Shown piece after piece: positions 48,188 to 59,191 of a stretch of 64,000 bases of DNA. Numbering within the stretch: the first letter of the stretch is position 1; each line of letters opens with the position of its first letter. The notes below the pieces were generated by a model. It made no database searches. It was not told the DNA's origin and was given only the letters and a program-made list of their open reading frames with translations. This DNA comes from Candidatus Thiodiazotropha sp. (ex Codakia rugifera) (lineage in GTDB: Bacteria > Pseudomonadota > Gammaproteobacteria > Chromatiales > Chromatiaceae). Position numbers and translations under genes: made by a program. Location: positions 5,040 through 69,039 of the forward strand of contig JAHXHN010000007.1 of the NCBI GenBank assembly GCA_025656675.1. The letters are read 5' to 3'.

Positions 48188-49396
48188 TCAACCCGATGCA
48201 GCGTCCTTGAGCTTATCCAGCCCGTCAGTGTCCAGGGCGTTGGCCAGGGCGCGCAGTGTGGTGATGCTGTCGGCATTGCCTTTAACCTTGATGATGAAAC
48301 GCTGCCCGATAATGATGTTGTATTCACCATGTCCGTCGACCTCATCCCACTCCTCATTGACCATGCGCCCGGCATCCGAATAGGTTTTTTCATAGCCTCG
48401 TTCGGTTTTGCGCTCGCTGCCTATTGCAGCGAAACCCGCCAGTGCAAGCATACCTTTGGCACCGCCCATATCCATGATTTCCACACGAAGTTGCTGGCGG
48501 CCGTTGCTGTATTTGGCCTTCGCCAGGGCAACTTGCACCCCTATGGCCTGATTGCTTTCAGTAGATAAGTCGCTGCGTTGCATACCCAGTAGGTTTTCGG
48601 GCAGGAATTCCCCCAGCTTATCGTGGGCCACAGCCTCGACCGCCCCATTGCCGCCAAGTAACGTACCAACCATCTCTTGCATAGCCTCCTGTTGGGCCTC
48701 GCTGTCACCGGATTGCTGTGCCGACTCCATCTGTTTGCCCCATGTTTCTAGTTTGCCCATGGGCGAGTCTTTGTCGAAATGTGCATCGTTCGTTGTAGTG
48801 GGTGATATACCGCTGACTGCGGTCACCAGCAGATTTAGGACTAACCCGAGCACAATGCCGATCACAACGACCGCCGCAGTGTAGCCCAGGGATTTTTCCT
48901 TCGGGCACTTCATAGTCTCGGGCAGACCGAGTTTGATCAGATAAATCGCGTATACTGCCGCAGCCAGGCCCAGTAGAGCGACCAATGCACCCAACCCGGG
49001 CAGGATGTGCAGAACACCCACCACCCAGACCGGTGTAAGGGCATAGGCAGCGGTTTTGAGACCTTGCAGTCGGTCGCGGATGCCGCCGAAGGTCGGGGCC
49101 AGCGACTCGATGACCACCGCCATCAGATAGATCATCAACAAGCTGACGGTGTAACTCAGTATCGCCTGAATCAGCAGGGCACCAAAACCGACGTGAATGG
49201 TGCCCATCATGGGAACCTTGATGCCGAACAAAGCGGTGCCTATCAGCATGCCCAGGGCCGGCAGTGCTGCAAGGATAAGCACATAATTGCGGTAGATACT
49301 CGAAATACTGGCCGGTTCGACTGCGATTTCCGGCCAGGTCTGTTGTGGTTTGAGCAGGATGGCACGCACACGTGCGATGAGTGACAGGATGTTCAT
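48188..49396 (-). CDS. Yip1-domain polytopic membrane protein with a C-terminal soluble domain
   Basis: The N-terminal 200 aa contain five TM helices typical of the Yip1/DUF1282 family. The C-terminal 200 aa are hydrophilic. Confidence 0.45.
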   Translation of the reverse strand: MNILSLIARVRAILLKPQQTWPEIAVEPASISSIYRNYVLILAALPALGMLIGTALFGIKVPMMGTIHVGFGALLIQAILSYTVSLLMIYLMAVVIESLAPTFGGIRDRLQGLKTAAYALTPVWVVGVLHILPGLGALVALLGLAAAVYAIYLIKLGLPETMKCPKEKSLGYTAAVVVIGIVLGLVLNLLVTAVSGISPTTTNDAHFDKDSPMGKLETWGKQMESAQQSGDSEAQQEAMQEMVGTLLGGNGAVEAVAHDKLGEFLPENLLGMQRSDLSTESNQAIGVQVALAKAKYSNGRQQLRVEIMDMGGAKGMLALAGFAAIGSERKTERGYEKTYSDAGRMVNEEWDEVDGHGEYNIIIGQRFIIKVKGNADSITTLRALANALDTDGLDKLKDAASG

Positions 49397-49507
49397 TCTT
49401 GTGTTCCCCCCGAAAGAAGTGAACTTGTTTTTTTGGAATAATACTAGAGTCCCCTTAATTGGGGGAGAATAAAATCTATGTAGGTGATGAAATTAATCAG
49501 GTCACCC

Positions 49508-50314
49508 TCAACGCAGAGCCGGTACCAACTGGGTAAGATCCAATGTCAGACCTACATCCCAATTAACGTTGCCGGTAGTACTGGATTGTGCTGCGCCACC
49601 CCGTACACTGACTCCTGACCCGCCAATGTTGCTGAGTCCGGCACCGGCACCACGCCCCCGCCCCCGCATTTGCACTGTCAAGCCACGAATGCCTGGTACC
49701 GGAATATCACGCCCGTTGACAAAATCAAGGGCAAGCTCTCGTGTTGGTGCATTGGCCAATATTGCGACAAGCGACGTACCTGCAAAGGAGGCAGCGGCCG
49801 TTACCATTATCACTTGCCCACCGGTGTCTGCCCGCCCCCACTCAAGTCTTAGCCTTCTCTGCGTATCATTCAATAGTCGACGGGCTGCTTGCTGGATGGC
49901 AGGAAGTGCCCAGACTGCTCGCATGATATCACCAACCTGGCCAGGTCTGGGAGTTGCAGGCCCTGCAGCTGGCGCTACAGGTGCAGCTGATGTGCTGGAC
50001 GTTTGGCGCAGCATGATACTAAGCAGACTCTGGTTAAAGCTGCGCCAGTCTGGTTGCAGAAACAATCGTTGCAACCGGGGCGTGACATTTCCCGTAACCA
50101 TCCCCTGGATCTGAGCTTCGATTGCCGGATCAAGACGAAGCTGATAGTTGCCGAGATTGAATCGTGACGCCCTGGCGCCCAAATCAAAGTCACCCATCGC
50201 AAGCCCTCCTCTTCCTAACAAATGAAACAATGCCTTTGATCCTAGTCTGCTCACTATTGATAGGATGTAACAGTCTCGCTGTTCACATATATTTTGTGAA
50301 AAACTACCTACCAT
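49508..50314 (-). CDS. hypothetical protein (GC-rich, Gly/Arg-rich C-terminal region)
   Basis: The only protein-like frame in a markedly GC-rich segment. The opposite-strand ORF (49569..50114) is Pro/Arg/Cys-rich and antisense-like. The start is uncertain and may be the internal Met at 50197. Confidence 0.3.
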   Translation of the reverse strand: MVGSFSQNICEQRDCYILSIVSRLGSKALFHLLGRGGLAMGDFDLGARASRFNLGNYQLRLDPAIEAQIQGMVTGNVTPRLQRLFLQPDWRSFNQSLLSIMLRQTSSTSAAPVAPAAGPATPRPGQVGDIMRAVWALPAIQQAARRLLNDTQRRLRLEWGRADTGGQVIMVTAAASFAGTSLVAILANAPTRELALDFVNGRDIPVPGIRGLTVQMRGRGRGAGAGLSNIGGSGVSVRGGAAQSSTTGNVNWDVGLTLDLTQLVPALR

Positions 50315-50445
50315 GGAGAGAACTTTTCGGAACGGTGTGAATTGGTCTGCGTGTTTTGCATGACTTAACCCCCCATTCAGGGGAATAGTTTTTTTATCAA
50401 TTCAGGAGGTCACGCTCTATTTACGGAGAGTATTTAATCTTCACC

Positions 50446-53400
50446 CTACTCTGTGTTTGGGAAGCGACTATTCATACAAGCTGGAATTTTTGAAGCCGGT
50501 ACAGGACGACTGAAGTAGAATCCCTGTGCGGTCATACAGCCTATCTCCCGCAATATCCTGACCTGTTGCTGGGTTTCCACCCCTTCAGCGACAACATCGT
50601 GTCCGAGTGCTTCCGCGACTCTGACAATTGTTCCGAAGAGAATGGACGAGTCCGGGTCTTGTGTCATATCTGAGACAAATAGGCGATCGATCTTTAGACA
50701 ATCGATGGGCAGTTTTTTCAATGATCCAAAAGATGAATAGCCAGTGCCGAAATCATCAATTGCAATCCTCACACCAAGTGCTCTGATCTTCTCAAAGATA
50801 TCAATATCATCACCAGTGGTCTGTACTACACTTTCGGTAATCTCCAGCTCGAGGTCGCTTGCCGTAAATCCGGTTTTTTGCAACGTATGAGAAAGCGTAT
50901 TGAGAATTGTCGGATCCTGAAAATGGATAGGCGAAATATTGACCGACATGCGAAAATCGGGCAGTCCCATCTTATGCCATGTCATCGCCTGCTCGCAGGC
51001 AGTATTAAGCACCCATTCACCCAGCAGATTAATCAGGCCGATACGTTCTGCGATGCCGATGAATTCATTGGGCGCTATCAGCCCAAGCCGTGGATGTTGC
51101 CAGCGAACCAGGGCCTCAACCCCCACCAGTTTACCTTTTACAAGATCGATTTGTGGCTGATAGTGCAACCGTAATTCGTTGTTCTCCAACCCTTGTCGAA
51201 GCTCCTCTTCCAATTGAAGACGTTGTTCTGCCTGTATGGTCAATTCGGGTTGATAGAAAGCGTAACGGTGCTTACCATCTGATTTGGCAGCATACATGGC
51301 ACTGTCAGCAGCCTTGAGTAATGTTTGCAGATCCTTGCCGTCATCTGGAAAATAGGCGATACCGATACTGCCCCTGGGTCTGACCTGTTGCTGAGTTAGT
51401 TCAACAGATTGATTGATGATTTCCAGACAACGCTTGGCGACATCAGCAGCATCATATTCGCTGTTGACGCTGTCCACTAAGATGCAGAATTCATCACCAC
51501 TGAGACGTGCGACAAAATCTGCCTGACGCATGACCGATTGGATGCGCATTGCAACTGTCTGCAGTAGAAGATCACCGGCATCATGACCCAGGCTGTCATT
51601 CACATCCTTGAAACCGTCCAGATCCAGGTAGAGTAGAGCAAAACGCTCTTCTCTCCGTTGTGCTGCTTTAATTACGTCTTCAACATGCTTATAGAAGTAG
51701 GCGCGGCTTGCCAAGCCAGTCAATTCATCTGAGTAGGCAAGTTGGCGAATACGTTTTTCAGCCTTACGTTGTTGGGTGATATCCTGGATTGTACCCAGAA
51801 CCACCAGGCTGCCATTGGAAATTAAATCGAGTTCCTGATGTACGTTAATCAAATGTGCTCGATCAGCAAACATACGATAGTCTGCAGGTTCCAAGGAGCC
51901 ACCCAGTTTAGCCGTTTTCAGTTGATGTGAAATATAGTCCTGGTCGTCTGGATGAATTAACTTGATAAAGTCTTCCAGTTTATTGCCAAAATTAGCCAGT
52001 GTGCTCCCCAACATTTCCAGCAGATGTTCCGACATTTCAAAGATGTCTTCATCACAATTCCAGCGCCAGTAACCCAAGCGAGCAATTCGTTGTGCAGTGG
52101 ACAACTGTTCACGACTCTCATGTAAGGCCCTGGCGTTTGCCGCTGCACGGAGCTGGAACCGGATACGATGAGCGACGTGTGTAAAATTGACCGGTTTAGT
52201 GATGAAACTGGCCGCACCTGATTCGTAGGCATGATTGACTGATTCCATATCATCGAGTCCGGTAACGATGATGACTGGAACTTTTTCGCATCCGGGTATT
52301 TTATGAATACGAGAGCAAACCTCATATCCATCCATGTCATCCATCAATGCATCCAGTAATACGAGTTCCGGTTGCTCAAGTTGAATACGGTTCAAGGCTT
52401 CCTGGCCATTGGCCGCATCAGATACGGAAAATCCAGCTCCGGCAAGGGCCTCGGTCGCTGTCAGACGAAATCCCGGGTCATCATCCACAATCAGCAACTT
52501 TGCCTCGGGAGTCGGTTGTGCCGGTTTCATTACCTCAGATTGTGCATTCTCAACCACAACTGTTTGCAAGGCTGTCAATACTGCTGGTAGTGATTGTTGA
52601 AGTATGTCAAAGGCAGCAGTCGCTTGTTCAAGCTGTTCATTCCTGGCCAGTAACTCCAATTCGGCACACTGTGAGGAAAAATCCATCGCTCCAAGATTGG
52701 CGCTTCCAGACTTGAGGGAGTGAACGATGCCTCGAAGTGTTTTCGCATCCTGCGCTTCAAGCGCAGCCTGCATGCGATTGACATCTTCAGGTGTGTGCTG
52801 CAAATAGTAGCCAATCGACTTACCTAATACATCCCGACCAGTTTTATTTCCCAGTTCACGCAGTTGATGTAATTGGTTCAAATCGAGAATGCCACTTACA
52901 GATAGCTCCTCCGGCTCATTGTTCTTGTCAGTTATGTCATGACTTAAGAATTGCTCAGGCAACCATTTTTCCAAAATCCCCTCAAGTTTTACCTGACTGA
53001 ACGGTTTGCTGAGATAGTCATCCATGCCGGCATTTTCACACTGTATTTGAATGCCTTTCTGCACATCAGCAGTTAATGCGATGATAGGTACTCTACTGTG
53101 ACCCTGAAGACGTTCCGACTGCCTGATTAGACTGGCGGCGGTAAAGCCATCCATTACCGGCATATGGCAGTCCATAAGAATCAAGTCATAAGTAGTTTGG
53201 GTTGCTAATTTCAGCGCGATAGCTCCATCTTCCGCTAAATGGGTATCACAACCCAGGGTCTTTAGCATACTCAGCGTTACATCCTGATTGACCAAATTAT
53301 CCTCAGCAACCAATACTCGACCTTGCAGTTTGGTTTGTGTAGCTGTTTTGATGTGTTCATTGGTTACTATTTTACGCCCAATCACGTCACACATTCTTTC

Positions 53401-55314
53401 CAATAACTGATGTTGACGTACAGGTTTTGGTAGAAATGCCGCAATACCGGCATCTGCCATTAGTGGTGCACTGGGATCAAATCCGCTGGAACTCAGAATA
53501 ATCACATGTGGCCGGGGAATTGATGCATCAACCAGAATTCGACGTGCCAATTCCACTCCGTCCATGCCAGGCATATGCCAGTCAAGCAGAATGATCTCGT
53601 AGGGTTGTCCCTGAATCGCACTCTCTCGTAACATCTCGAGCGCCTTCTCGCCAGAGGCACAACTACCGTTGCACATACCCCAGGCAATGACCTGATTATG
53701 CAAAATCTCCCTGTTGATTGCGTTGTCATCTACAACCAGCACCTTTACACCCTGTAGCGCCTGCGGGTTGTTAGAGTCAAGCTGGGGATTTTCAGCCATA
53801 TCAATAGGAATATTAAAACAGAAAGTACTGCCTTGGCCCGGTACGCTGTCCAGCGCGAGTCGCCCCCCCATCAATGATACCAGTCGCTTGGAGATGGCCA
53901 GACCCAGACCGGTACCACCATGACGGCGAGTGGTGGAACTATCAGCTTGGCTGAACGCATCGAAGATAATTTCTTGCTGTGTAGCATTGATACCGGTACC
54001 AGTATCAGAAACCTCAATCGCAAGTTTGTAGTGATCTGCATTGCGCTCAACCACTTGGGCCGAGAGACTCACCTCACCCTGATCAGTGAACTTGACCGCA
54101 TTGCCCAACAGGTTAATGAGAATCTGTCTTAGTCTCGCCGCATCACCACTGACCCACTCAGGCAGATCTGGTGGTAAATTAGGCAACAGTTCGAGCTCCT
54201 TGCGATGGGCTTGGTCAGTAACCATCTCCAGCGTCTCCTCCAGCAGCTGGCGTAGATTAAAATCCTCATGAGTCAGTTGTAGTTTGTCGGCTTCAATCTT
54301 GGAGAAATCGAGAATATCGTTAATGACACTCAATAGGGTCTCAGCAGAACGGTGCGCTGTGTGTGCCAAGCGTCGTGCGTGCTCATCCAGACCTGTGTCG
54401 AGTAAAAGCTCAGTCATACCCAGCACCCCGTTCATAGGTGTGCGGATTTCGTGACTCATGGTGGCAAGGAACTCACTTTTAGCCCGGCTAGCTGATTCTG
54501 CGGCATCCTTTGCCTTTGACAAACTGGCGGTACGCTCCTCCACCCGCTGTTCAAGTTCTTCTCGATAGGAAGCCAGTGACTTATCGCGCTCTTCGATCTG
54601 ACCGAGCATCTCATTGAAACCTTCAATGATGATACCGACCTCATCATTGTCTCCTGACTTCAGACGCAACCCATAATCCTGTTCCTTTGAAACCTTGCGC
54701 ATTCCACTGACCAGGTGACTGATCGGTCCGGAGATGCGACGATGCAGTAGGTATGAGAGCAGGTAAACTCCAAGCATCAGAGTAGCAAGCAGTAGAGCGA
54801 CAATCTGCAAATAATTGGTTATCTGGTTATAGAGTGGTTCCAGACTGGATTCAATATGTAAAAAGCCGATGACCTCGGTATCAAGCAAGATCGGCGTAAA
54901 AAGATCTAGATCGTTATCGTCATAGCGATGTTTGCTCTGTTTATCATGCAGTGCCTCTTCAAGCCATTCATGGTCTTCGGTTTCAATACCCGCTTGTATG
55001 TCCTTCCTTGCGACATAGATGGCGAACAACTCTCCGTTCATCTGGAAGAGTGTGGCACCATCAATAGCTGCTTCTGTCTGAAGTGAATTCAACAGTTTCT
55101 GAGCGGTTTTCGGGTCATCGAAAGCAAGTGAAGCCGTAGCATTGGTACCGATGACATCAGCTAGTATTGATAGGTGGTCAACCAGGCTCTTTCGATAGGA
55201 GTAGACTTCAATGGCCACATAAGCCAGTGAGGCGATAATCAGTACAATCCCACTAATCAACAGAATGATGCGTCTGAGTTTCTGGGCAATACTGATGTTG
55301 GTTAGGAAGCTCAT
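50446..55314 (-). CDS. 1622-aa hybrid sensor histidine kinase / response regulator with c-di-GMP output: periplasmic sensor, HAMP, HisKA, HATPase, REC, REC, Hpt, REC, PAS, GGDEF, EAL
   Basis: Motifs: H-box [10 protein letters not shown]; HATPase G-boxes; REC1 [11 protein letters not shown]; REC2 [11 protein letters not shown]; Hpt [11 protein letters not shown]; REC3 [11 protein letters not shown]; a PAS domain; a GGDEF domain (variant SGDEF); and an EAL domain ([15 protein letters not shown]). Confidence 0.9.
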   Translation of the reverse strand: MSFLTNISIAQKLRRIILLISGIVLIIASLAYVAIEVYSYRKSLVDHLSILADVIGTNATASLAFDDPKTAQKLLNSLQTEAAIDGATLFQMNGELFAIYVARKDIQAGIETEDHEWLEEALHDKQSKHRYDDNDLDLFTPILLDTEVIGFLHIESSLEPLYNQITNYLQIVALLLATLMLGVYLLSYLLHRRISGPISHLVSGMRKVSKEQDYGLRLKSGDNDEVGIIIEGFNEMLGQIEERDKSLASYREELEQRVEERTASLSKAKDAAESASRAKSEFLATMSHEIRTPMNGVLGMTELLLDTGLDEHARRLAHTAHRSAETLLSVINDILDFSKIEADKLQLTHEDFNLRQLLEETLEMVTDQAHRKELELLPNLPPDLPEWVSGDAARLRQILINLLGNAVKFTDQGEVSLSAQVVERNADHYKLAIEVSDTGTGINATQQEIIFDAFSQADSSTTRRHGGTGLGLAISKRLVSLMGGRLALDSVPGQGSTFCFNIPIDMAENPQLDSNNPQALQGVKVLVVDDNAINREILHNQVIAWGMCNGSCASGEKALEMLRESAIQGQPYEIILLDWHMPGMDGVELARRILVDASIPRPHVIILSSSGFDPSAPLMADAGIAAFLPKPVRQHQLLERMCDVIGRKIVTNEHIKTATQTKLQGRVLVAEDNLVNQDVTLSMLKTLGCDTHLAEDGAIALKLATQTTYDLILMDCHMPVMDGFTAASLIRQSERLQGHSRVPIIALTADVQKGIQIQCENAGMDDYLSKPFSQVKLEGILEKWLPEQFLSHDITDKNNEPEELSVSGILDLNQLHQLRELGNKTGRDVLGKSIGYYLQHTPEDVNRMQAALEAQDAKTLRGIVHSLKSGSANLGAMDFSSQCAELELLARNEQLEQATAAFDILQQSLPAVLTALQTVVVENAQSEVMKPAQPTPEAKLLIVDDDPGFRLTATEALAGAGFSVSDAANGQEALNRIQLEQPELVLLDALMDDMDGYEVCSRIHKIPGCEKVPVIIVTGLDDMESVNHAYESGAASFITKPVNFTHVAHRIRFQLRAAANARALHESREQLSTAQRIARLGYWRWNCDEDIFEMSEHLLEMLGSTLANFGNKLEDFIKLIHPDDQDYISHQLKTAKLGGSLEPADYRMFADRAHLINVHQELDLISNGSLVVLGTIQDITQQRKAEKRIRQLAYSDELTGLASRAYFYKHVEDVIKAAQRREERFALLYLDLDGFKDVNDSLGHDAGDLLLQTVAMRIQSVMRQADFVARLSGDEFCILVDSVNSEYDAADVAKRCLEIINQSVELTQQQVRPRGSIGIAYFPDDGKDLQTLLKAADSAMYAAKSDGKHRYAFYQPELTIQAEQRLQLEEELRQGLENNELRLHYQPQIDLVKGKLVGVEALVRWQHPRLGLIAPNEFIGIAERIGLINLLGEWVLNTACEQAMTWHKMGLPDFRMSVNISPIHFQDPTILNTLSHTLQKTGFTASDLELEITESVVQTTGDDIDIFEKIRALGVRIAIDDFGTGYSSFGSLKKLPIDCLKIDRLFVSDMTQDPDSSILFGTIVRVAEALGHDVVAEGVETQQQVRILREIGCMTAQGFYFSRPVPASKIPACMNSRFPNTE

Positions 55315-55907
55315 TCTTCTGTTTTATTGGATACAGAGCCGACAACTGTTGCCAGGTCAAGAAGCGGTGCTGCTATCGTCAAATTGGATCGTTTCGCACT
55401 CTTCAGGTTGATCAAAAAACCAATACGCTTTTTTCCGGCAGTGAATTGCAGTATGCCGCCCAGTTCTGCGAAATTAGCCATATCACTCAGAGTGAGTATC
55501 GGCCGATTCTGCATGGATTGAAGAATAGGCTTTATAAAAGCCTGTTTGGACTCACTGATAAACACGATCTGGCAGCGAGTATCGACAGTATCTGACTGGG
55601 ACAAGCGGTGTACCATGATCGGTAGTTCCTGTACCTTGCGTTCTTCCAGTGCATCCAATGCCTCACCAAAATTGTCCTCTCCTAGGAGACAAATACCGAA
55701 ATTATGATGGGGGTGACCCATCTGCTGATTAGGCCATTCTATGAATTTAGTCAGTTTATAGATCAATGCTGCTTTGAGTTTATATTCCGATGAAGGCGTT
55801 GCAGCATGCAGATGCAATGAAATACCTGTCAAAAACAGCAATATGCACAATTGCATACAAATAGCTGTGATAAGTCCATATTCCCTTATTTTTTTATCAG
55901 GTATCAA
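55311..55907 (-). CDS. YfiR-like (DUF4154) periplasmic protein
   Basis: Signal peptide and the motif [17 protein letters not shown] typical of YfiR/DUF4154. ATGA overlap with the downstream hybrid kinase gene. Confidence 0.55.
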   Translation of the reverse strand: MIPDKKIREYGLITAICMQLCILLFLTGISLHLHAATPSSEYKLKAALIYKLTKFIEWPNQQMGHPHHNFGICLLGEDNFGEALDALEERKVQELPIMVHRLSQSDTVDTRCQIVFISESKQAFIKPILQSMQNRPILTLSDMANFAELGGILQFTAGKKRIGFLINLKSAKRSNLTIAAPLLDLATVVGSVSNKTEE

Positions 55908-55941
55908 GTTGTCAGCTCCATCATCAGGTAACTATCGTATT

Positions 55942-57978
55942 CTATTGGAATTTCCAGCGTACCTTTGCGTAGACTGATCGCTCGACTTCTGTTTTTAATA
56001 GAAGGTTTTCTCCAACAAACTCTGTATGTCGACTATCAAATAGGTTCTGACCGACCAGAGAAACTTCCAGATCATTGTTTAGTCGCCATGCCAAGCGTGC
56101 ATTCATGCTGGTATACTTATCTATAGGCATGGGGACGGAAAAACTGGTCCTGTTCAGCTCGTCCACAAAATAGAACCAAAGATCTAGAGATACCTGTTTG
56201 CTCAAATCCATATTGGAGCGCAGTGAAACTTGATGTTTGGGGCTTGAGCTCTCGCTTACCTTTTCTGTATCAACCGGATCACTGCTCTCGCTGTCTAACT
56301 GAGATTTGATTCGAATGTAGCTGTAGTTACTTTCCAGACGCCACCACTCCAGGGGGCGCCAGTCCATGACCCATTCCAGCCCGTAAGCATAGGCTGATAG
56401 TTTATTATCGAAGATGAGTTCTGTCGGAGTAGAGCTGAATTCAAATGTCTGTAGATTCTCATAGTCGTTATAAAAGACAGCCAGGTCTGATGAGATGTTC
56501 TCTCTGGGCTGGAAGCGATAGCCGACCTCATAGGCGAGCATTTTTTCTGATTCAAAACTACCATTGCCAACGGTATAAAACACCATAGGATTGATGACTC
56601 TGGCTACAATACGAGAACCTTCTTCAAGGAATGAAGGTGTTCTGACCGCGTGGGAGACCGAGGTCCAAAAGGTACTACGCTCGGATGCCAGCCAGACCAG
56701 ACGTGCACTAGGCTGCAACTCGAGGCCAGTGAAATCATTTTTTTCGAATTTTGAGCCCAGGGTAAGGCGCAACCGCTCTGGTATAAGATTTATTTCGTCT
56801 TGCAGGAAGGCACTGATGATATCCACAGAGCGATTTTCAGGCAGAAATGTTACGTTGAACGTATTATTGAAATCACTCTGAATATGACGATAACCCAGTC
56901 CCCATTGCAGGTCATGACGTTTATTAATCTGAAACTGATGTTGATAGTCGATATCCAGCGTATCGTGTTCCTGTCCTAGGAATACTTCCTCGCGTTTCGT
57001 GTGATCGTAATAGAATTGCAGGCTGGCATTAGATTGCTTTGTAAAGATATGATCCCAGCGAGCCAACAGGTTCCAACCTGAGGAATCCACCTCATCCTGG
57101 TTGAGCGCTGCTAAGAAGAAAGGTGCATAGATCGTATTGGTTGAATCAGCAGGGTCTTTCCACAGGTTGATTCTCTGATTTTCCTCCGCATCATAGAAAT
57201 CGCCCTGAATGGTCCAGTGATCGATATCTGTGGGGTCGCTGTCAAGCCGAAATCCACCTTGCACCCGCTTCCAGTCATCTTCTGTCTGATTATTCAGTTG
57301 AGGCGCATAAGAACTGTCCCTGTCGTTATATTTAAGATAATAACGTCCATGGGTGTATTCGTTTAATTCACTTCCATAGCGCAGACTCCCAATAACCTTT
57401 TCTTCACCACCGGTACCGGCGACCAACAAACCACCCTGAGTTTCATTGGCAGGCTTTGTAATAATGTTAATTACACCATTAACTGCATTCGCTCCCCACA
57501 AAGAGGCGCCTGGGCCACGGATTACCTCAATACGATCAATATCCTCCAGCATTGTATCCTGCACATCCCAGTAGACACCGGAGTAAGCTGGTGTGTAGAC
57601 AGAACGTCCATCAATTAACACCAAGAGCTTATTTGCAAACTGATTATTGAAGCCACGACTGGAGATAGCCCATTTATTCGCATCCAACCTTCCAACATGG
57701 ATTCCAGGCGCCAGGCGAAGCGCTTCAGGAATGGTGGTAACTCCCGAACGTCTGATGTCTTCATTAGTGATGACATACACCGCTGCCGCCGCCTCAGTCA
57801 GTCTCTGCTTCTTCTTGGAGACGGAGGTGACCTCCATGTTAAGTAGATCCTCTAGGGAGAGATCTAAATAACTGTCACTCGACTGATCGGCTAGAGCCGG
57901 TACGATTATCAGGATGGGTGAAAAGGCCGTGCAAAATAAAACAGCCTGCACTAAACGACTGATCATTATGCTTTTCAT
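55942..57978 (-). CDS. TonB-dependent outer-membrane receptor
   Basis: Signal peptide, a plug domain (VTSVSKKKQRLTEAAAAVYVITNEDIRRSGVTTIPEALRLAPGIHV...NKLLVLIDGRSVY) and a beta-barrel of about 550 aa. Confidence 0.85.
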   Translation of the reverse strand: MKSIMISRLVQAVLFCTAFSPILIIVPALADQSSDSYLDLSLEDLLNMEVTSVSKKKQRLTEAAAAVYVITNEDIRRSGVTTIPEALRLAPGIHVGRLDANKWAISSRGFNNQFANKLLVLIDGRSVYTPAYSGVYWDVQDTMLEDIDRIEVIRGPGASLWGANAVNGVINIITKPANETQGGLLVAGTGGEEKVIGSLRYGSELNEYTHGRYYLKYNDRDSSYAPQLNNQTEDDWKRVQGGFRLDSDPTDIDHWTIQGDFYDAEENQRINLWKDPADSTNTIYAPFFLAALNQDEVDSSGWNLLARWDHIFTKQSNASLQFYYDHTKREEVFLGQEHDTLDIDYQHQFQINKRHDLQWGLGYRHIQSDFNNTFNVTFLPENRSVDIISAFLQDEINLIPERLRLTLGSKFEKNDFTGLELQPSARLVWLASERSTFWTSVSHAVRTPSFLEEGSRIVARVINPMVFYTVGNGSFESEKMLAYEVGYRFQPRENISSDLAVFYNDYENLQTFEFSSTPTELIFDNKLSAYAYGLEWVMDWRPLEWWRLESNYSYIRIKSQLDSESSDPVDTEKVSESSSPKHQVSLRSNMDLSKQVSLDLWFYFVDELNRTSFSVPMPIDKYTSMNARLAWRLNNDLEVSLVGQNLFDSRHTEFVGENLLLKTEVERSVYAKVRWKFQ

Positions 57979-58607
57979 ACGATAAAATCCCTAATATTAT
58001 TTTTATTGGCGTAAATTATGAGACAATTCAATTGCTTGTAAATAGATAGTGATACTACTTACCACATCAATCAGTTAACGGCTAATTTCCAGGTTTCTTT
58101 AACGAGAATTAGTACTGGTTTGAATAGGCTACGATTGGAAATCACCATGCCATTTCCTGACAATATTTTATTTGTCTGAAAATCCAAGCCGGCTTCCGGC
58201 GATAAGTAATATTGTACAACCTGGTCACTGCTATTGAATGATTTAAACAGCAGTTTTGAGGTATTGATTTTTCATTTGGGAGCTATATGCGATTCAAAAT
58301 CCTTCTAAAGGAAAGTATCGAGATAGATTATATTTACGATGGGCTGGTTCAGCCAGTCATCCTGATCCATATCTCAATCAGCGGACAATGACAAAGGCGT
58401 TCTCCTACTGAGGTGAAATATAATTACAGTGTTTGCGCAATTTACTCTTCGGTTATGGAAATACAACATCTGGCCTTCTACTATAACTGCGCATAGCTCA
58501 GTTATTAGCCCGGCTACCTAATATGTTGTATTGAGCCGTCTGGTGGGCACATTCAGATGATTCAGACTATTCTTGAATGATAATGTTTGGACGTTGTAAC
58601 AAAATAA

Positions 58608-58985
58608 TCATTTACCACTCTTCTTCTCTTTTTTGTCCTTCTTTTTCTTCTTTTTATCCATTTTCTTATCTTTTTTGCTCTTTTTTGCCGCCTTATTTTT
58701 TTTCGATTTAGACTCAACGGATGCTTTTGGTGATTTCATCTTTTTGACATCTTTATGAGCTTTGTTGACAGAAGCCTTAGCCTTTTTTGGTTTTGTCCTG
58801 CAATAAGCATCAACTTTTGTACCTGTTTTTGTTTTGTAGCTATTGATCCAACTACAGCCAGCATTTCCATTGCAGCTTGATTTGCTTAGACCCTTACACA
58901 GTTTTGCAGCATATACATTGGGTTGGATCATGATCAATGATAGAACGACCAGGGACAGTGCCGCATTTCTGACAAAAGCAATCAT
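58608..58985 (-). CDS. small secreted protein with Cys-rich N-terminal module and extremely lysine-rich (histone-H1-like) C-terminal tail
   Basis: Signal peptide (LVVLSLIMIQPNVYA), a six-Cys module (CKGLSKSSCNGNAGCSWINSYKTKTGTKVDAYC), then about 70 aa that are more than 50% Lys (KKAKASVNKAHKDVKKMKSPKAS...KKKKKKDKKEKKSGK). Confidence 0.5.
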   Translation of the reverse strand: MIAFVRNAALSLVVLSLIMIQPNVYAAKLCKGLSKSSCNGNAGCSWINSYKTKTGTKVDAYCRTKPKKAKASVNKAHKDVKKMKSPKASVESKSKKNKAAKKSKKDKKMDKKKKKKDKKEKKSGK

Positions 58986-59191
58986 TGGTAAACCTCTGTA
59001 TTGATACTTAGTAAAACATATGAAGCTTGTTACTGTATGACACTGGAGTATAAATCAACCTGTTCGTAGTAATCTTTGTTAATTCACTACATTTAACAAT
59101 AATTCAAATAGACTCGACTAATAAAGTACCAATACCCCGTAATTGGATAAAAAGTAGCCATACAGTCTATCTGACGATCAATTAATAATAA

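Noticed and set aside
49569-50114. Plus-strand 181-aa ORF
   Set aside because: Pro/Arg/Cys-rich and antisense to a more protein-like minus-strand ORF in a GC-rich segment. Judged spurious, though neither strand is certain.
50359-50390. Weak GC hairpin plus T7 tract as an intrinsic terminator
   Set aside because: The stem is only 4 bp. The U-tract is on the plus strand, where no upstream gene is transcribed. More consistent with the REP-like repeat family than with a terminator.
58488-58535. tRNA-like start GCGCATAGCTCAGTT... in the long TBDR upstream region
   Set aside because: Only the first 15 nt resemble a tRNA acceptor / D-arm. No complementary D-stem, anticodon arm, T-arm or acceptor 3' strand could be found. 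It is at most a tRNA 5' fragment or remnant, not a gene.
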